Made by a program: the position numbers and the translations under genes
The notes under the pieces: generated by a model
Database searches by the model: none
The model's input: the letters and a program-made list of their open reading frames with translations, nothing else
Told to the model about the DNA's origin: nothing
Assembly: GCA_963716175.1 (NCBI GenBank)
Contig: OY970296.1
Location: forward strand, 1,248,001 to 1,312,000
Direction: 5' to 3'
Length of the DNA: 64,000 bases
Source of the DNA: an uncultured Armatimonadetes bacterium
GTDB lineage: Bacteria > Armatimonadota > Hebobacteria > Hebobacterales > Hebobacteraceae
In this document: positions 39,747 through 49,712 of the stretch, piece by piece
Position numbering within the stretch: the first letter of the stretch is position 1
Layout of the letters: each line of letters begins with the position of its first letter

Positions 39747-40448
39747 ATGCGTAAGGTGATGCTTCTTGCCCTCGTGGCCGCATTCGCGCTGAGCGCGGCG
39801 GCGGCCTTTGCCAATCCCGCCATCAACGATGGGCTGATCCCGGAGATTAATCCGGGTCACCTCGGAGGCGCGTCCGACAACTTCGTCGAGTTGTCTGGCG
39901 GCGGCTGGTGGGACGGCGTCTACGACTACGATGGGCCCAACCCCTGGATCAACATCGGCGGCAGCCTCGCGACCGAAGACATGAACGTGACCTGTGATGT
40001 CGAGCTGTACTGCTACGAGTCGCTGTCCGCGAACAACGTCTACTTCCACTTCAAGGGCGATTCGTATGCCCCGATGTCGGCCGTCATTGACGGTCTGATC
40101 AAGTCCAATAACGGCGAGTCCGTGGGGGTTGAACTACCCATAGGCAAGACTCTGCTCCAACTCGTCGGGACTACGGATGGCTGGGGCCGCGATGTGACTG
40201 CAGCCCCCGGCTACGATCCCATCCCGGTCACCTGGGAGCTGAGTGAAGACGGCGGCGCCAACTGGCGCACGGCCGACGACACTGGCATGGGGGCCAACGA
40301 GACTGTCTACGCCATGTGGTGGCTACTGGCGGCGGGCGACCCGTGCGACCATGCCTTCAAGTACCGGATCACGGTCTCACCCAAGTACCACCAGCCTGAT
40401 GGACATTACGTGCTGGATCCCAGGGTGGTTGTGGACCCGGTTCTGTAG
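39747..40448 (+). CDS. Secreted acidic beta-rich protein, putative major fibre/surface subunit
   Basis: Sec signal MRKVMLLALVAAFALSAAAAFA, SD AAGGAG, C-terminal strand YVLDPRVVVDPVL. Confidence 0.7.
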   Translation: MRKVMLLALVAAFALSAAAAFANPAINDGLIPEINPGHLGGASDNFVELSGGGWWDGVYDYDGPNPWINIGGSLATEDMNVTCDVELYCYESLSANNVYFHFKGDSYAPMSAVIDGLIKSNNGESVGVELPIGKTLLQLVGTTDGWGRDVTAAPGYDPIPVTWELSEDGGANWRTADDTGMGANETVYAMWWLLAAGDPCDHAFKYRITVSPKYHQPDGHYVLDPRVVVDPVL

Positions 40449-40502
40449 CGGAGCCAGAACCTTCCCTGGCTAGGGGCTCACTCAGAGCCCACGGACTAGC
40501 GG

Positions 40503-40535
40503 CGGGGCGCGGGCTGCGCCGCAGCCCGCGCCCCG
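40503..40535 (+). terminator. 15-bp GC hairpin after the subunit gene (stabiliser or attenuator)
   Basis: cggggcgcgggctgc-gcc-gcagcccgcgccccg; no long U tract. Confidence 0.6.
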
Positions 40536-40555
40536 GATTCCCTGGAGCAGCAAGG

Positions 40556-42211
40556 TTGCGGGCTACTCCTCCCTACAAGCGTGATCGGAACCTGATCGCC
40601 GGGCTAGCGGCGGCCTGTTTGCTGCTGGCGATTCGCCCGGCGCTGGCCCAGCTCACTCTGGTGCCGCCCATCCGGGAAGTGTCGCTGCGTCCTGGTGCCT
40701 CGGTTGTGTTCCCGGTGCAGATTTCGAACGCCGGGAAGGAGGCACTGACCTGTGACATGAGCGGAGAAGACATGGAGCTGAGCGCGGTTGGGCGGCCCCA
40801 GACCGCTACGGAGGGGTACACGCGGGGCTGCGGAGGGTGGGTGAGCTTCAAGCCGGCGCGGTTCGAGCTTGGGGCCGGTCAGTCACAGAAAGTCGCGTGC
40901 ACCTTGCGCGCACCGCGCGGTACCAGCGGCGGCTACTACGCTCGGCTTCGCTGCTTGGCTAGGCCGGGCCGAGGCGCTGATCCCATACGTGGCGGCGCCA
41001 TCACCTTCGAGTACCAGATGAGCTGTGCCCTGCTGGCCATTGTCACCTCCGGGCGGCTTCACAGCAACATCTCGGCGAAGTCCATCCAGCTCTCGACCAA
41101 CCCCGGGCGAGCGCGAGCAAGCGGCTCTCCGGCCTGGGCGGCGCGTGTCGCGGTGCGGAACACGGGGAATGTTCACGCCATGCTCGAGGGCAGAGTGAGT
41201 ATACTGGACGAGCATGGTCGGGCGATGGCCCGCGCACCACTCCTGGGGGGGCGCGGCTATGTCCTGGCCGGGGGTGAGCGGGTCTTCCAGAGCTCCGGAT
41301 CGGAGCATCTGCCTGACGGGGTATACGCGCTCGCGGCGTCACTCCATCTCGCCGGCCGCAGGTCTGCACCCACCATCGCCAGCGTCTCCTTCACCATCCT
41401 GAACGGCGAAGTCCACCAAGGTGAGCCGAGCCCGGAGTCCCGGGCCCTCCTTGCCAGCCTGAACCCGGGATTCTACCTGGAACGGCCCACGGTCGAATTC
41501 GCCCTCAGCCCTGGAGGTAAGCGGCGTCAACTCGTGCCTATCGTCAACCGCACCGATCAGCCGATCGAACTTGCCGCGGAGCTTCGAGAGTGGGAGCTTG
41601 ATGCCCAAGGCGAGCTGACCTTTCCCCCCGGGCGGCCGGGGCACGGTCGAAGCTGCGCCGGCTGGCTGAGGGTCGAACCACCCGCCGTCACGTTACCTCC
41701 GCGAGGTCGCGCGCGCGTCGCGCTGCAGATCACGATGCCAAAGCAAGCGCACGGGGAGTACTATGCCGCGGTCGGGTTCAAGCGGCCAGACCAGACGAAG
41801 TCGTCGGACTCCGCGGCGCTGATCGCCGGCAGCGTGCTGGTGACCGCACGCGCCCGCCGCACGGAGAAGCCTGAGATCCAGGTGGCAAGCTTCGCGTTGT
41901 CAAAGCAGACACCTCGAAGCACCACCTTCCGACTGAGCGTGCGGAATTGCGGCAATGTCGAGTGCTTTGCCGAGGGTCGGGTGGCTGTCCTGGATAGCCG
42001 ACGACGCGTGGTGGTGGAGAACCTCCAGTTTGGCAGTGAGCAGCAGACACTCCTGCCAAAGGGTGTCCGCACGTTCGAGATCACGTGGCCTGGAGCGCTA
42101 TCCCCGGGGCCTCACACCGCGGTGATCGCGTTGAACTACTATCGCGGCACCACGGCACTTGCTAAGGAGGTGAGCTTTGCAGTGCCAGCTTCTCCCAAGA
42201 GGCGGAGCTAG
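40556..42211 (+). CDS. Secreted tandem Ig-fold protein (PapD/DUF916-like pilus chaperone module x2)
   Basis: signal peptide; duplicated module L.PG..N..C.GW..P..L....V....P...G.YYA followed by VRN.GNV...GRV..LD. Confidence 0.65.
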   Translation: MRATPPYKRDRNLIAGLAAACLLLAIRPALAQLTLVPPIREVSLRPGASVVFPVQISNAGKEALTCDMSGEDMELSAVGRPQTATEGYTRGCGGWVSFKPARFELGAGQSQKVACTLRAPRGTSGGYYARLRCLARPGRGADPIRGGAITFEYQMSCALLAIVTSGRLHSNISAKSIQLSTNPGRARASGSPAWAARVAVRNTGNVHAMLEGRVSILDEHGRAMARAPLLGGRGYVLAGGERVFQSSGSEHLPDGVYALAASLHLAGRRSAPTIASVSFTILNGEVHQGEPSPESRALLASLNPGFYLERPTVEFALSPGGKRRQLVPIVNRTDQPIELAAELREWELDAQGELTFPPGRPGHGRSCAGWLRVEPPAVTLPPRGRARVALQITMPKQAHGEYYAAVGFKRPDQTKSSDSAALIAGSVLVTARARRTEKPEIQVASFALSKQTPRSTTFRLSVRNCGNVECFAEGRVAVLDSRRRVVVENLQFGSEQQTLLPKGVRTFEITWPGALSPGPHTAVIALNYYRGTTALAKEVSFAVPASPKRRS

Positions 42212-42269
42212 CAGCTTGCCGCGTCGGCGACAGAACATGGCTGGCAATCGCTTTCCGGGAGGAAGTTGC

Positions 42270-43763
42270 ATGCGCAAGAGTGTTCTCGCGCTCGTACTGC
42301 TCTGCCTCCTTCTCGTCGGCAGCCCCGCATCCCGCCTGACCGCTGCCAGGGGGGCTGGCGATGAGGAAGCTCCGAAAGCCACCGAGGAGCAGGCGGCGCC
42401 CACTCCTCTGGCCGCGCCCTCCGTCTCGGCCGGGAGCGGCGAAATCCGCCGCAACGAGGCCGGCACTCCCCTCATCACCAACGTCTTCGCCGATACCGAC
42501 CTCCGCCAGGCGCTCTCCGATGTCGCGGCCCAGGCCGGGGTGGTGATCATCCCCGACGCCACGGTCCAGGGCACGGTCAGCGCCGACCTGAAAGATGTCC
42601 CACTCGAAAGCGCGCTGAGGATGCTGCTCATCTCGGGCGGCTATGCATTCAAGAAGATGGATGGCTACTACCTGGTCGGCGCTCCCGATCCCGCGAACCC
42701 CAATTTCTACCTGTTCAGCGAGACCGAAGTGGTGGAGCTCAATTATCTGGACGGCAATGCCGTCACCGCTTACCTGGTGGGCCCCTATGGCAAGTACGTC
42801 ACCGTGGAAGGAGCGCCGGCCCCGGAGCCAGAGCGGCAACAGGAGCGGCCGGCTCGCGCCGGCTACCAGCGTCCAGCGGCGGGCGGGCGCGCGACGATAG
42901 GAGGCACGCGACTCTTCATCACCGCGCCTCGCGAGATCATCGAGCGCATCAAGGCCGACCTGGCGCTGATTGACCGCCCGCGCACCCAGGTGATGCTGGA
43001 GGCAGTGGTGCTGGAGGTGACCGAGGATGCGCTGAAGGAGATCGGGGTGGATTGGGCCACCCGCTGGATTCGTTTCGCCTCCCAGGTAGGTAGCGTGCCG
43101 ATCGGCGCCCAGGGCTTCCAGGCGACTACCGGCCAGCCCACACTGACGTTGCCCGCGGGTTCATTCACCTATTCGGACCTCTCCTTCACGGAGATGGCCC
43201 AGTTGACTGCTCTCGTGGAGAAGGGCAAAGCCCGCCTGCGAGCCAACCCCCGGGTGGCGACCATCGAGGGCCAGACGGCCGAGATTGAGGTGGGCCAGGA
43301 GAAGTATTTCGCCATCGTCACCGGTCCGGTGACGTACCCCTACACGACCCTGCAACAGATTCCCTCGGGCATCACCCTCCGGATCACGCCGAGCGTGGTC
43401 GAGCAAACCAGGGAGGTGGTGGCGCGGGTGGAGCCGGAGGTGCGGGATGTCACAGGGAAGGGACCCAACGACCTGCCGGAGATAACCTATCGGCGGGCAG
43501 TTACGAACGTGCGGGTCAAGGACGGCCAGAGCATAGTGATCGGCGGACTGGCCAGTGAGTTCACCACCCGCACCACGGCCAGCTTTCCGCTGCTAGGGAA
43601 CCTGCCCCTGATTGGCAATCTCTTCCGACGGACGACCTCTCGTCAGACCAAGACGGAGGTGATCATCGTCATCACTCCCCATATCCTGGATGAGGCCGGA
43701 ACATACCCCGGTCGGCCAGAAGTCATCGGTCCAGATCGGAGCCCTAAGCCGGGCCAGCCCTGA
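42270..43763 (+). CDS. Secretin (GspD/PilQ family)
   Basis: N0/STN-like FADTDLRQAL, IDRPRTQVMLEA, ANPRVAT..GQTA.I.VG, G.TLRITP, VKDGQSIVIGGL, P.LG.LPLIG.LF. Confidence 0.92.
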   Translation: MRKSVLALVLLCLLLVGSPASRLTAARGAGDEEAPKATEEQAAPTPLAAPSVSAGSGEIRRNEAGTPLITNVFADTDLRQALSDVAAQAGVVIIPDATVQGTVSADLKDVPLESALRMLLISGGYAFKKMDGYYLVGAPDPANPNFYLFSETEVVELNYLDGNAVTAYLVGPYGKYVTVEGAPAPEPERQQERPARAGYQRPAAGGRATIGGTRLFITAPREIIERIKADLALIDRPRTQVMLEAVVLEVTEDALKEIGVDWATRWIRFASQVGSVPIGAQGFQATTGQPTLTLPAGSFTYSDLSFTEMAQLTALVEKGKARLRANPRVATIEGQTAEIEVGQEKYFAIVTGPVTYPYTTLQQIPSGITLRITPSVVEQTREVVARVEPEVRDVTGKGPNDLPEITYRRAVTNVRVKDGQSIVIGGLASEFTTRTTASFPLLGNLPLIGNLFRRTTSRQTKTEVIIVITPHILDEAGTYPGRPEVIGPDRSPKPGQP

Positions 43764-43765
43764 CT

Positions 43766-46700
43766 TCAGAACTTGATGCTGAGGGTGCGGCGGCGGGTCA
43801 TCTGCTGCTGGTCGGCGGTGACCTCGGCCTGGTCGAGGCCAGCTTCGGGGGCCAGGCCAAAGACGGCGGCCGCCAGCAGGTTATCCCCGCCCTGCTCCAG
43901 GGGTGGAGCGGGAAGAGGCAGGCGATAGGCGCCATCGCCCTGGCAGTCCGCGAAACGGGTGCCGTTGAGGTAGAGCAGCGCGCTGCCGTGCAGGCCCAAG
44001 TCCAGGTAGTAAGGGATGCGCCAGGTCCCCGCCCGAGGCAGTCCGAAGGCCACCCGATACCAGCCCACGCCCCACATCTCGGCCAGCTCGCGCCCCTGTG
44101 CGCGCCACGCGCCCAGGCGAAGCAGATGCCACTGGCTGGCGTCAAGATCCAGCTTGGCCCAGCCGGCCGCCTCCCCAGCCGGGCCGGAGCAGACCTCCCA
44201 GTTGCCGATGGGGACGCTGCCCTGGGCGCCAACCAGGGAGACCTCCGGAACACGCTTCGCCTCCCATAGCCCCGCGAATCCATCCTTGCGGGGCATGATG
44301 TCGAGAATGATCTCGATCTGATTGGGGCCTGCGGTCAGCAGCGCGGCAACATCGGCCTCGCGTTCGGGCGCGCTGCCGGAGAGTTCCAGCGCCGGCTTGC
44401 CGTTGATGAGAACGAGCGCGGGGTCGGTGGAGCCGGAGATCCGCAGGCGAGTTGACGCGCCGGACTCAAAGCTGGCGCGCAGGCGAGCGAAGCTACCGGC
44501 CCTCAGGTCCAAGGCCTCGGGTGCGAGCCCGAGACTGGGAACGGAGTGGCACACGCCCGCGGGAGCGGCGTCATCGGGCAGGAACCCGGCGCGATCGAAG
44601 CGCGCGGCGAGCTTGGGGGGCCCGCCCAGGAGGGCGTGACCCAAGCGCTGCAATCCGGTGGCGCGGCGCTCCTCCGCGAAGGGCTCGGTGGCGATGAAGC
44701 AGGTGAGCACCCGAGAGGGAGTGGCGAAGGAGAACTCCAGCGGTGCGCCGTCCAGGGTCACGGCGGAGGGCGGCGCCGGCAACGCAGCCGAGACCTGGAG
44801 ACTTCCTGCCTGGCAATCGAGCGCCACTTCGGCCAAGGATGGCGTGATGGAACCGCCCACAATGGCAGCGCCGGCGCTCAGGGCCAAGCCACCCGAGGGC
44901 CCGGCGATGTCGCCGACCCAGGCCGCGCGCTGGTGGGAGAGGATGGCGATTTCGAGGTCGTCAACCAGCAGATACTGATCCTGCCGGGAGTGGAAGTAGT
45001 CCAGGATGAGCGTGCTCTTCTCGGGGTCCCAGCGCTGCCGCTTGACCTCACCCGAGACCAGGGGCGGGCCCGGCCAGCCGAGGGCGACCTCGCCCGGAGT
45101 GTCCACATCCCCATAGAGCACCAGCAGCGTACGCTCTCCCACCTGTTGGAGGCCGGCGATCTCGGAAGTGGAGTAGTGCAGGAGGCCGCGCCCCACCGGA
45201 ACGCCCAGAGGCAGAATCTTGGCAGAGCCAGCGGGCAGGGTGATGCTGCCGGCCTCGGGGATGCTCACGGCGGCGGCGGTGCCAGGCGGGGTGTAGGTCA
45301 GCCGCACCTGGTGAGCCGCGCTTTTCTCGTCCCACAGGAAGAGGAAGCCGGCCTTTTCCCCCAGGCGGGCCGCGATCTGGACCCCGGGGTCGTCGGCTTT
45401 GGCGATCCCCTCGGCGGCCACGGCCCCGGTCAGCTCCGGGCCGAAGAGGCGCACGAAGCTCCCGATCAGCCGTACCTCTGGGTAGCCTGGGGTGCGGGCG
45501 CCGGCCAGGTCAATGATGCCGGCCGCGGGCTGGCCTGGCAGATAGGGCCCGGTTGCCTCCAGGCCCGGGGCGAAGTCCGAGAGCAGGATAGCGGTAGCTC
45601 CAAGACCGAGTGCGGCCTTGGCTGTGGAGGCGCTGCGGCGAGCGGCCTGCGGGCTGTCGCAGCTGCCGGGAAGGCTGGAGAGAACCGCGGGCCCGTTCTC
45701 CTCGCTGACCAGGGCCCGCAAGCTGGCGAGGACATCCGGCAAGCTCGCGGCTCCGTAGAAGGCCAGGGTGTCGAGCACGTTGGCGAGGCTCTGCCTGCTA
45801 TTGCCGCGGGCGGCCGGCGCGTTGGCGGTGAGCACCGGCACCTGGATGCCGGCCCCTCGTACCAGTTCGAGGAGGGCCTGAAGGGCGCCCGCGTCTACGC
45901 GGCCGCTCCGGTCGGGAAGGGGCCGGATGAGGACGTCCGCAATGGGGCCCCGGTTGGTCAACTGATAGCGCTTCACCATAGGAAGGAGGGCGCGATACCA
46001 GTCCGCGACGGCGCCCTGAAGGTTCTCCCCCGAGGCGCGGCCCAGCGCCCACCCCGGCACCCCGCCGGCCTCCCAGTCATCACCAGCATAGGGCCCGAGA
46101 TCGAGCTGCACCCAGAGCCCAGCTTCCTGGCAGAGGTCCAGGAACGCTTTCAGATCGGAGAGGTCGAGCTGGTCCGGCGTGGGCTGATGGTGGGCCCACG
46201 GAACCGTGACGGCCACCGTGTTCATCCCGGCGGCCTTGAGCAAGGACAGCCGGTCGGCCCAGACTGCTTTCGGGAGGCGAGCGTAGTCAATGCCGCCGCC
46301 GAAGACGACAACCGGCTGGTTGGCGAAGGCGAAGGCGCGGCGATCGAAGCGCGCCATCTCCGGCTTGGGAAATGACGGCCGCAGCGAGGCCGGCCTGGCG
46401 GCGGCGACCACCAGCCCGGCGGTGTCGGGCGCGAGCACCACCGCGACGGTCCGCTCCAGGCAGCCCTTGATGCCGGCGCCGTCATCATCGCAGGCGGAGA
46501 CGCTGAGATTGAGAGGCTGACCTGGGATGGGGCGAAGCGGGGCGAGCTCGGACCAGGGGAGGGCCAGCTCATAGCTCACGCGCCAGCCATGGTCCTCCGG
46601 CCGCGCCCAGATGCCCCGGCCCACGTTCCTGAGCTCGCCGGCGCGGGCCGCCGGCTGAGCGCGCCAGACCAGGGAGGCTCCTCTCAGCAGGGCCACCACG

Positions 46701-47101
46701 AACTGGTTCGCGGGCTCGGGGCCTTCGCCGGTGAGGGCGAGGACGATGCTGTCACCCCGATCGACCTCGGAGGGCGAGTGGACGCGAACCAGCACATCAT
46801 CGCGAACATCAATGGCCAGATAGAGCGCGCGGTTATCCCAGACCAGCCGGATTTCCGCGGAGATATCCTGCGGGCCGCCGTAGACCGCGAACTGAGGGGC
46901 GGCGGGATGCCAGTCCTCGGCGCTGGCCATCACCACCTGCGGGAGCGGGGACCAATCATCCAGCCGCCCGTCCAGGACGGGACCAGTGACGACGCGGGGG
47001 CAGATGATCGGTGAGCTGGTCGGGTGAGGAGGCTGCGCCCAGGCCGGGCCAAGCACAAGCAGGAGCAGCGGTCCGAACCAGAGGGAGCAGGTGCGTGTCA
47101 T
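43766..47101 (-). CDS. Secreted CBM9-like + GH35 beta-galactosidase-like protein
   Basis: PVLDGRLDDW..WD..ALYLA (CBM9-like); GGIDYARLP..W.DRL..KAAGMNTV..VPW.HH..GPY..WEAGGVP.W (GH35). Confidence 0.75.
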   Translation of the reverse strand: MTRTCSLWFGPLLLLVLGPAWAQPPHPTSSPIICPRVVTGPVLDGRLDDWSPLPQVVMASAEDWHPAAPQFAVYGGPQDISAEIRLVWDNRALYLAIDVRDDVLVRVHSPSEVDRGDSIVLALTGEGPEPANQFVVALLRGASLVWRAQPAARAGELRNVGRGIWARPEDHGWRVSYELALPWSELAPLRPIPGQPLNLSVSACDDDGAGIKGCLERTVAVVLAPDTAGLVVAAARPASLRPSFPKPEMARFDRRAFAFANQPVVVFGGGIDYARLPKAVWADRLSLLKAAGMNTVAVTVPWAHHQPTPDQLDLSDLKAFLDLCQEAGLWVQLDLGPYAGDDWEAGGVPGWALGRASGENLQGAVADWYRALLPMVKRYQLTNRGPIADVLIRPLPDRSGRVDAGALQALLELVRGAGIQVPVLTANAPAARGNSRQSLANVLDTLAFYGAASLPDVLASLRALVSEENGPAVLSSLPGSCDSPQAARRSASTAKAALGLGATAILLSDFAPGLEATGPYLPGQPAAGIIDLAGARTPGYPEVRLIGSFVRLFGPELTGAVAAEGIAKADDPGVQIAARLGEKAGFLFLWDEKSAAHQVRLTYTPPGTAAAVSIPEAGSITLPAGSAKILPLGVPVGRGLLHYSTSEIAGLQQVGERTLLVLYGDVDTPGEVALGWPGPPLVSGEVKRQRWDPEKSTLILDYFHSRQDQYLLVDDLEIAILSHQRAAWVGDIAGPSGGLALSAGAAIVGGSITPSLAEVALDCQAGSLQVSAALPAPPSAVTLDGAPLEFSFATPSRVLTCFIATEPFAEERRATGLQRLGHALLGGPPKLAARFDRAGFLPDDAAPAGVCHSVPSLGLAPEALDLRAGSFARLRASFESGASTRLRISGSTDPALVLINGKPALELSGSAPEREADVAALLTAGPNQIEIILDIMPRKDGFAGLWEAKRVPEVSLVGAQGSVPIGNWEVCSGPAGEAAGWAKLDLDASQWHLLRLGAWRAQGRELAEMWGVGWYRVAFGLPRAGTWRIPYYLDLGLHGSALLYLNGTRFADCQGDGAYRLPLPAPPLEQGGDNLLAAAVFGLAPEAGLDQAEVTADQQQMTRRRTLSIKF

Positions 47102-47200
47102 GCCACAGAGCTCCTTGTGAGTGACATCGGACGCGAACGTTTGGCGAACAGCAAGCATCTAATGTGCATTGACACTTGTGGAGCGGCCGAGTTCGCCCGG

Positions 47201-47435
47201 TGAGACAAGCTCTCGCCAGGCCCGGTGGCCTCCTCCGCAGGTGGGGATGATAGCCGATGACGGCTTGAGTGAGCTTCGACACAGCAGTGGCGGTTCCTAG
47301 CACATAGCAAGAACGTGCGAGAGGGAGTACCCAGGAGCAAGGCGAACCGAGAATGGCGTTTGCGTGACCGTGGCGCGGGGTAACCGTACGGGTAACCGGA
47401 AGGTTCGGTTTCCAGTACAAGGACGGCTTGTCTCG
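47201..47435 (+). ncRNA. Candidate structured ncRNA (about 235 nt)
   Basis: closing stem gagacaagc/gcttgtctc, nested stems, downstream terminator. Confidence 0.55.
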
Positions 47436-47469
47436 AGCCAGCCGGCAGGCAGTTTGGGGCTGGCTTTTT
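47436..47469 (+). terminator. Intrinsic terminator
   Basis: agccagcc/ggctggct followed by a T5 tract. Confidence 0.65.
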
Positions 47470-47654
47470 CGCGGCCATCGCACGCCGCCGTGGAACAACC
47501 CTGGATAGGGAAGAGCTTGCCGATGGCCGCAGCCTCGCTGTCGGCAGGTGCGCCGGAACTGGAATGGATGAGCTTCTTGAACGGCTTGTGCAGCAACAGC
47601 TACCGCTGTGATGCCAGAAGCTCTTCAGTAAATGCTTTGGGAGGCCTGTAGGAG

Positions 47655-47975
47655 ATGGCGACTTGTCCGAAGTGCAACACCATCAATGAGGAGGGGATGA
47701 CCCGCTGTGCTGCCTGCAAGTCAATCCTGCCGGTGAAGATCGGGAGCAAATCGGCCACCCGATGGGAACGAGTACGGCGCCTGCCGGACCTGGTGGGCAC
47801 CAAGTGCCCGAGCTGCGGCGCGCCCAATGCCTATACGCGCCTGCGGTGCCAGGCCTGCAACAGCTCCCTCACCAGAGCCGAGAGCAGGTCTCACCTGGGT
47901 AAGCTCTGGATCTATGCCGGCATTGGCGTGGTGATTCTGGCTACCATTCTGACGTTCGTGCTGCGGCACGCCTAG
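47655..47975 (+). CDS. Double zinc-ribbon protein with C-terminal TM anchor
   Basis: four CxxC pairs, C-terminal hydrophobic helix. Confidence 0.8.
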   Translation: MATCPKCNTINEEGMTRCAACKSILPVKIGSKSATRWERVRRLPDLVGTKCPSCGAPNAYTRLRCQACNSSLTRAESRSHLGKLWIYAGIGVVILATILTFVLRHA

Positions 47976-48321
47976 CGAAAAGGGCGGCGGCTAACCTCCG
48001 CCCCAGGCGGACTTCCCACAGCCGCCCCCCAGCGCGATCCTGTCTTTCCTCCCTCTGTGGTCGGGGCGGCCGGGACTGGTGTGGCCGCGCCCCCGACCTG
48101 CCGCGGAGGCTTCCATCTCCCGTAGAGGCCGCCACCGTTGCTACAGCAGGGGCGATCTCTCACCCTGGCGAAGCTGCTGCCGATTCCACTGCGCCGGCCG
48201 CTCGACGGGTCGGTCCTCTAACGGCGAAGTGATCCGCGGATTGCGCAGATTAGGGAAGTCAGAGAAGCGGGGCGGCCAAGCCGCCCCGCAGCAGCGATCG
48301 GCGACAGAGAGGAGCGGAGTG

Positions 48322-48756
48322 ATGGAGCTATTCCCCGGTGGGCAGATCGGGGAGGTAGTGGCGCTGCGCTTGGACCAAGGCGAGGATGTGCTGGATGCCA
48401 TCACCGGGGCGGCGAAGCAGCTCGACCTCCACACCGGCGTCGTAGTCTCTGGCATCGGCACCCTGGACCGCGCGCGACTGCATCATATCACCCACACCGG
48501 CTATCCGCCCAAGAACCAGTTCGTCGAGTACGAGGGACCGATAGAGCTGCTCAGCATTCACGGGCTGATCGCAGATCACGCGCCTCATCTCCACACCTGC
48601 ATCTCGATCAAGGAAACCACCTACATGGGGCACCTAGAGCCCGGCTGCCGGGTGCTCTATCTCGCGGAAATCGCCATCGTCCGGCTGGAGGGGGTGCGGC
48701 TCTGCCGGCGGATGAACCCGGCCACCAGGGTAAGCCAGCTTCAGCGTGCGGACTGA
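48322..48756 (+). CDS. PPC domain (DUF296) protein
   Basis: RLDQGED, GIGTL, ELLSIHG, HLH, GHL..GC. Confidence 0.88.
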   Translation: MELFPGGQIGEVVALRLDQGEDVLDAITGAAKQLDLHTGVVVSGIGTLDRARLHHITHTGYPPKNQFVEYEGPIELLSIHGLIADHAPHLHTCISIKETTYMGHLEPGCRVLYLAEIAIVRLEGVRLCRRMNPATRVSQLQRAD

Positions 48757-48774
48757 CATTTGCAGCGCGCTCCC

Positions 48775-49701
48775 ATGAAGCGCTTTCTTGCCGCGGCCGG
48801 ACTGCTGATCGCGCTCCCGCTCCTCCTCGCCTACGGGGCGGCGACGGCCGGCGGCCGTGGGCAGCCCCGCCCTGCCAGGCCCTTCGGTTCGGAGCGCGCT
48901 TACCACGACCTGGTGCGGCAGTGCGAGTTCGGCCCCCGCGTGCCTGGCACGAAAGCCCACCATAAGTGTGCGCAATGGCTGCTGGACCAGCTCAGAGGCT
49001 GCGCGCAGGAAGTGAGCCAGCAGAGCTTCACCCAGCAGGTAGGCGGCGCGGAAATCCGCCTGACCAACCTGGTGGCAATCTTCAACCCGCAGGGCAAAGG
49101 CCATGTCCTGCTCTGCGCCCATTGGGACAGCCGACCGATGGCGGACCGAGATCCAGACCCCGCGCGGCGCGCAGAGCCCGTACCCGGCGCGAACGACGGG
49201 GCCTCGGGAGTGGCGGTGCTGCTGGAGATGGCGCGGGCCCTGAAGCGGCAGCCGCCCAAGGCGCGGGTGACCATGGTGCTGTTCGATGGCGAGGACTACG
49301 GCACGAGCGAGGCCAGCATGCTCCTGGGCTCGCGGCACTTCGCCAAGAGCTACGCGGGGCCGCCAGTAGACTGGGCCGTGCTGCTGGATATGGTGGGGGA
49401 TCGGAATCTGCGGCTGCCGCCGGAGCAGACCTCCTGGCAGCAGGCGAGGCGAGTGGTGGAGCGAGTCTGGGGCGCGGCGGCGCGGGCGGGCAGCAAGGCC
49501 TTCGTGCGCGAGGCCGGCCCGGAGGTGATGGATGACCACGTCCCTCTACTGGAGCGGGGGATACCGTGCATTGACGTGATTGACTTCGACTACCCCTACT
49601 GGCACACCACGGCCGACACGCCGGACAAGTGCTCGGCCGCGTCGCTGGGGCAGGTGGGGAGGGCGGTGCTGGAGGCGATCGGGGAGTATGGAGAGGAGTA
49701 G
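48775..49701 (+). CDS. M28 family peptidase / glutaminyl cyclase-like, secreted
   Basis: GPRVPGT, AHWDSR, GANDGASG, FDGEDYG, LDMVG, DDH, WHT..D. Confidence 0.9.
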   Translation: MKRFLAAAGLLIALPLLLAYGAATAGGRGQPRPARPFGSERAYHDLVRQCEFGPRVPGTKAHHKCAQWLLDQLRGCAQEVSQQSFTQQVGGAEIRLTNLVAIFNPQGKGHVLLCAHWDSRPMADRDPDPARRAEPVPGANDGASGVAVLLEMARALKRQPPKARVTMVLFDGEDYGTSEASMLLGSRHFAKSYAGPPVDWAVLLDMVGDRNLRLPPEQTSWQQARRVVERVWGAAARAGSKAFVREAGPEVMDDHVPLLERGIPCIDVIDFDYPYWHTTADTPDKCSAASLGQVGRAVLEAIGEYGEE

Positions 49702-49712
49702 GCTGCGCTGCT

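Noticed and set aside
44546-46375. 609-aa plus-strand ORF (and similar long antisense ORFs such as 51027-52637)
   Set aside because: Antisense to well-supported genes; typical of high-GC codon bias.
47141-47156. sigma54 promoter (GG-N10-GC)
   Set aside because: Lacks the TT before GC; too weak to call.
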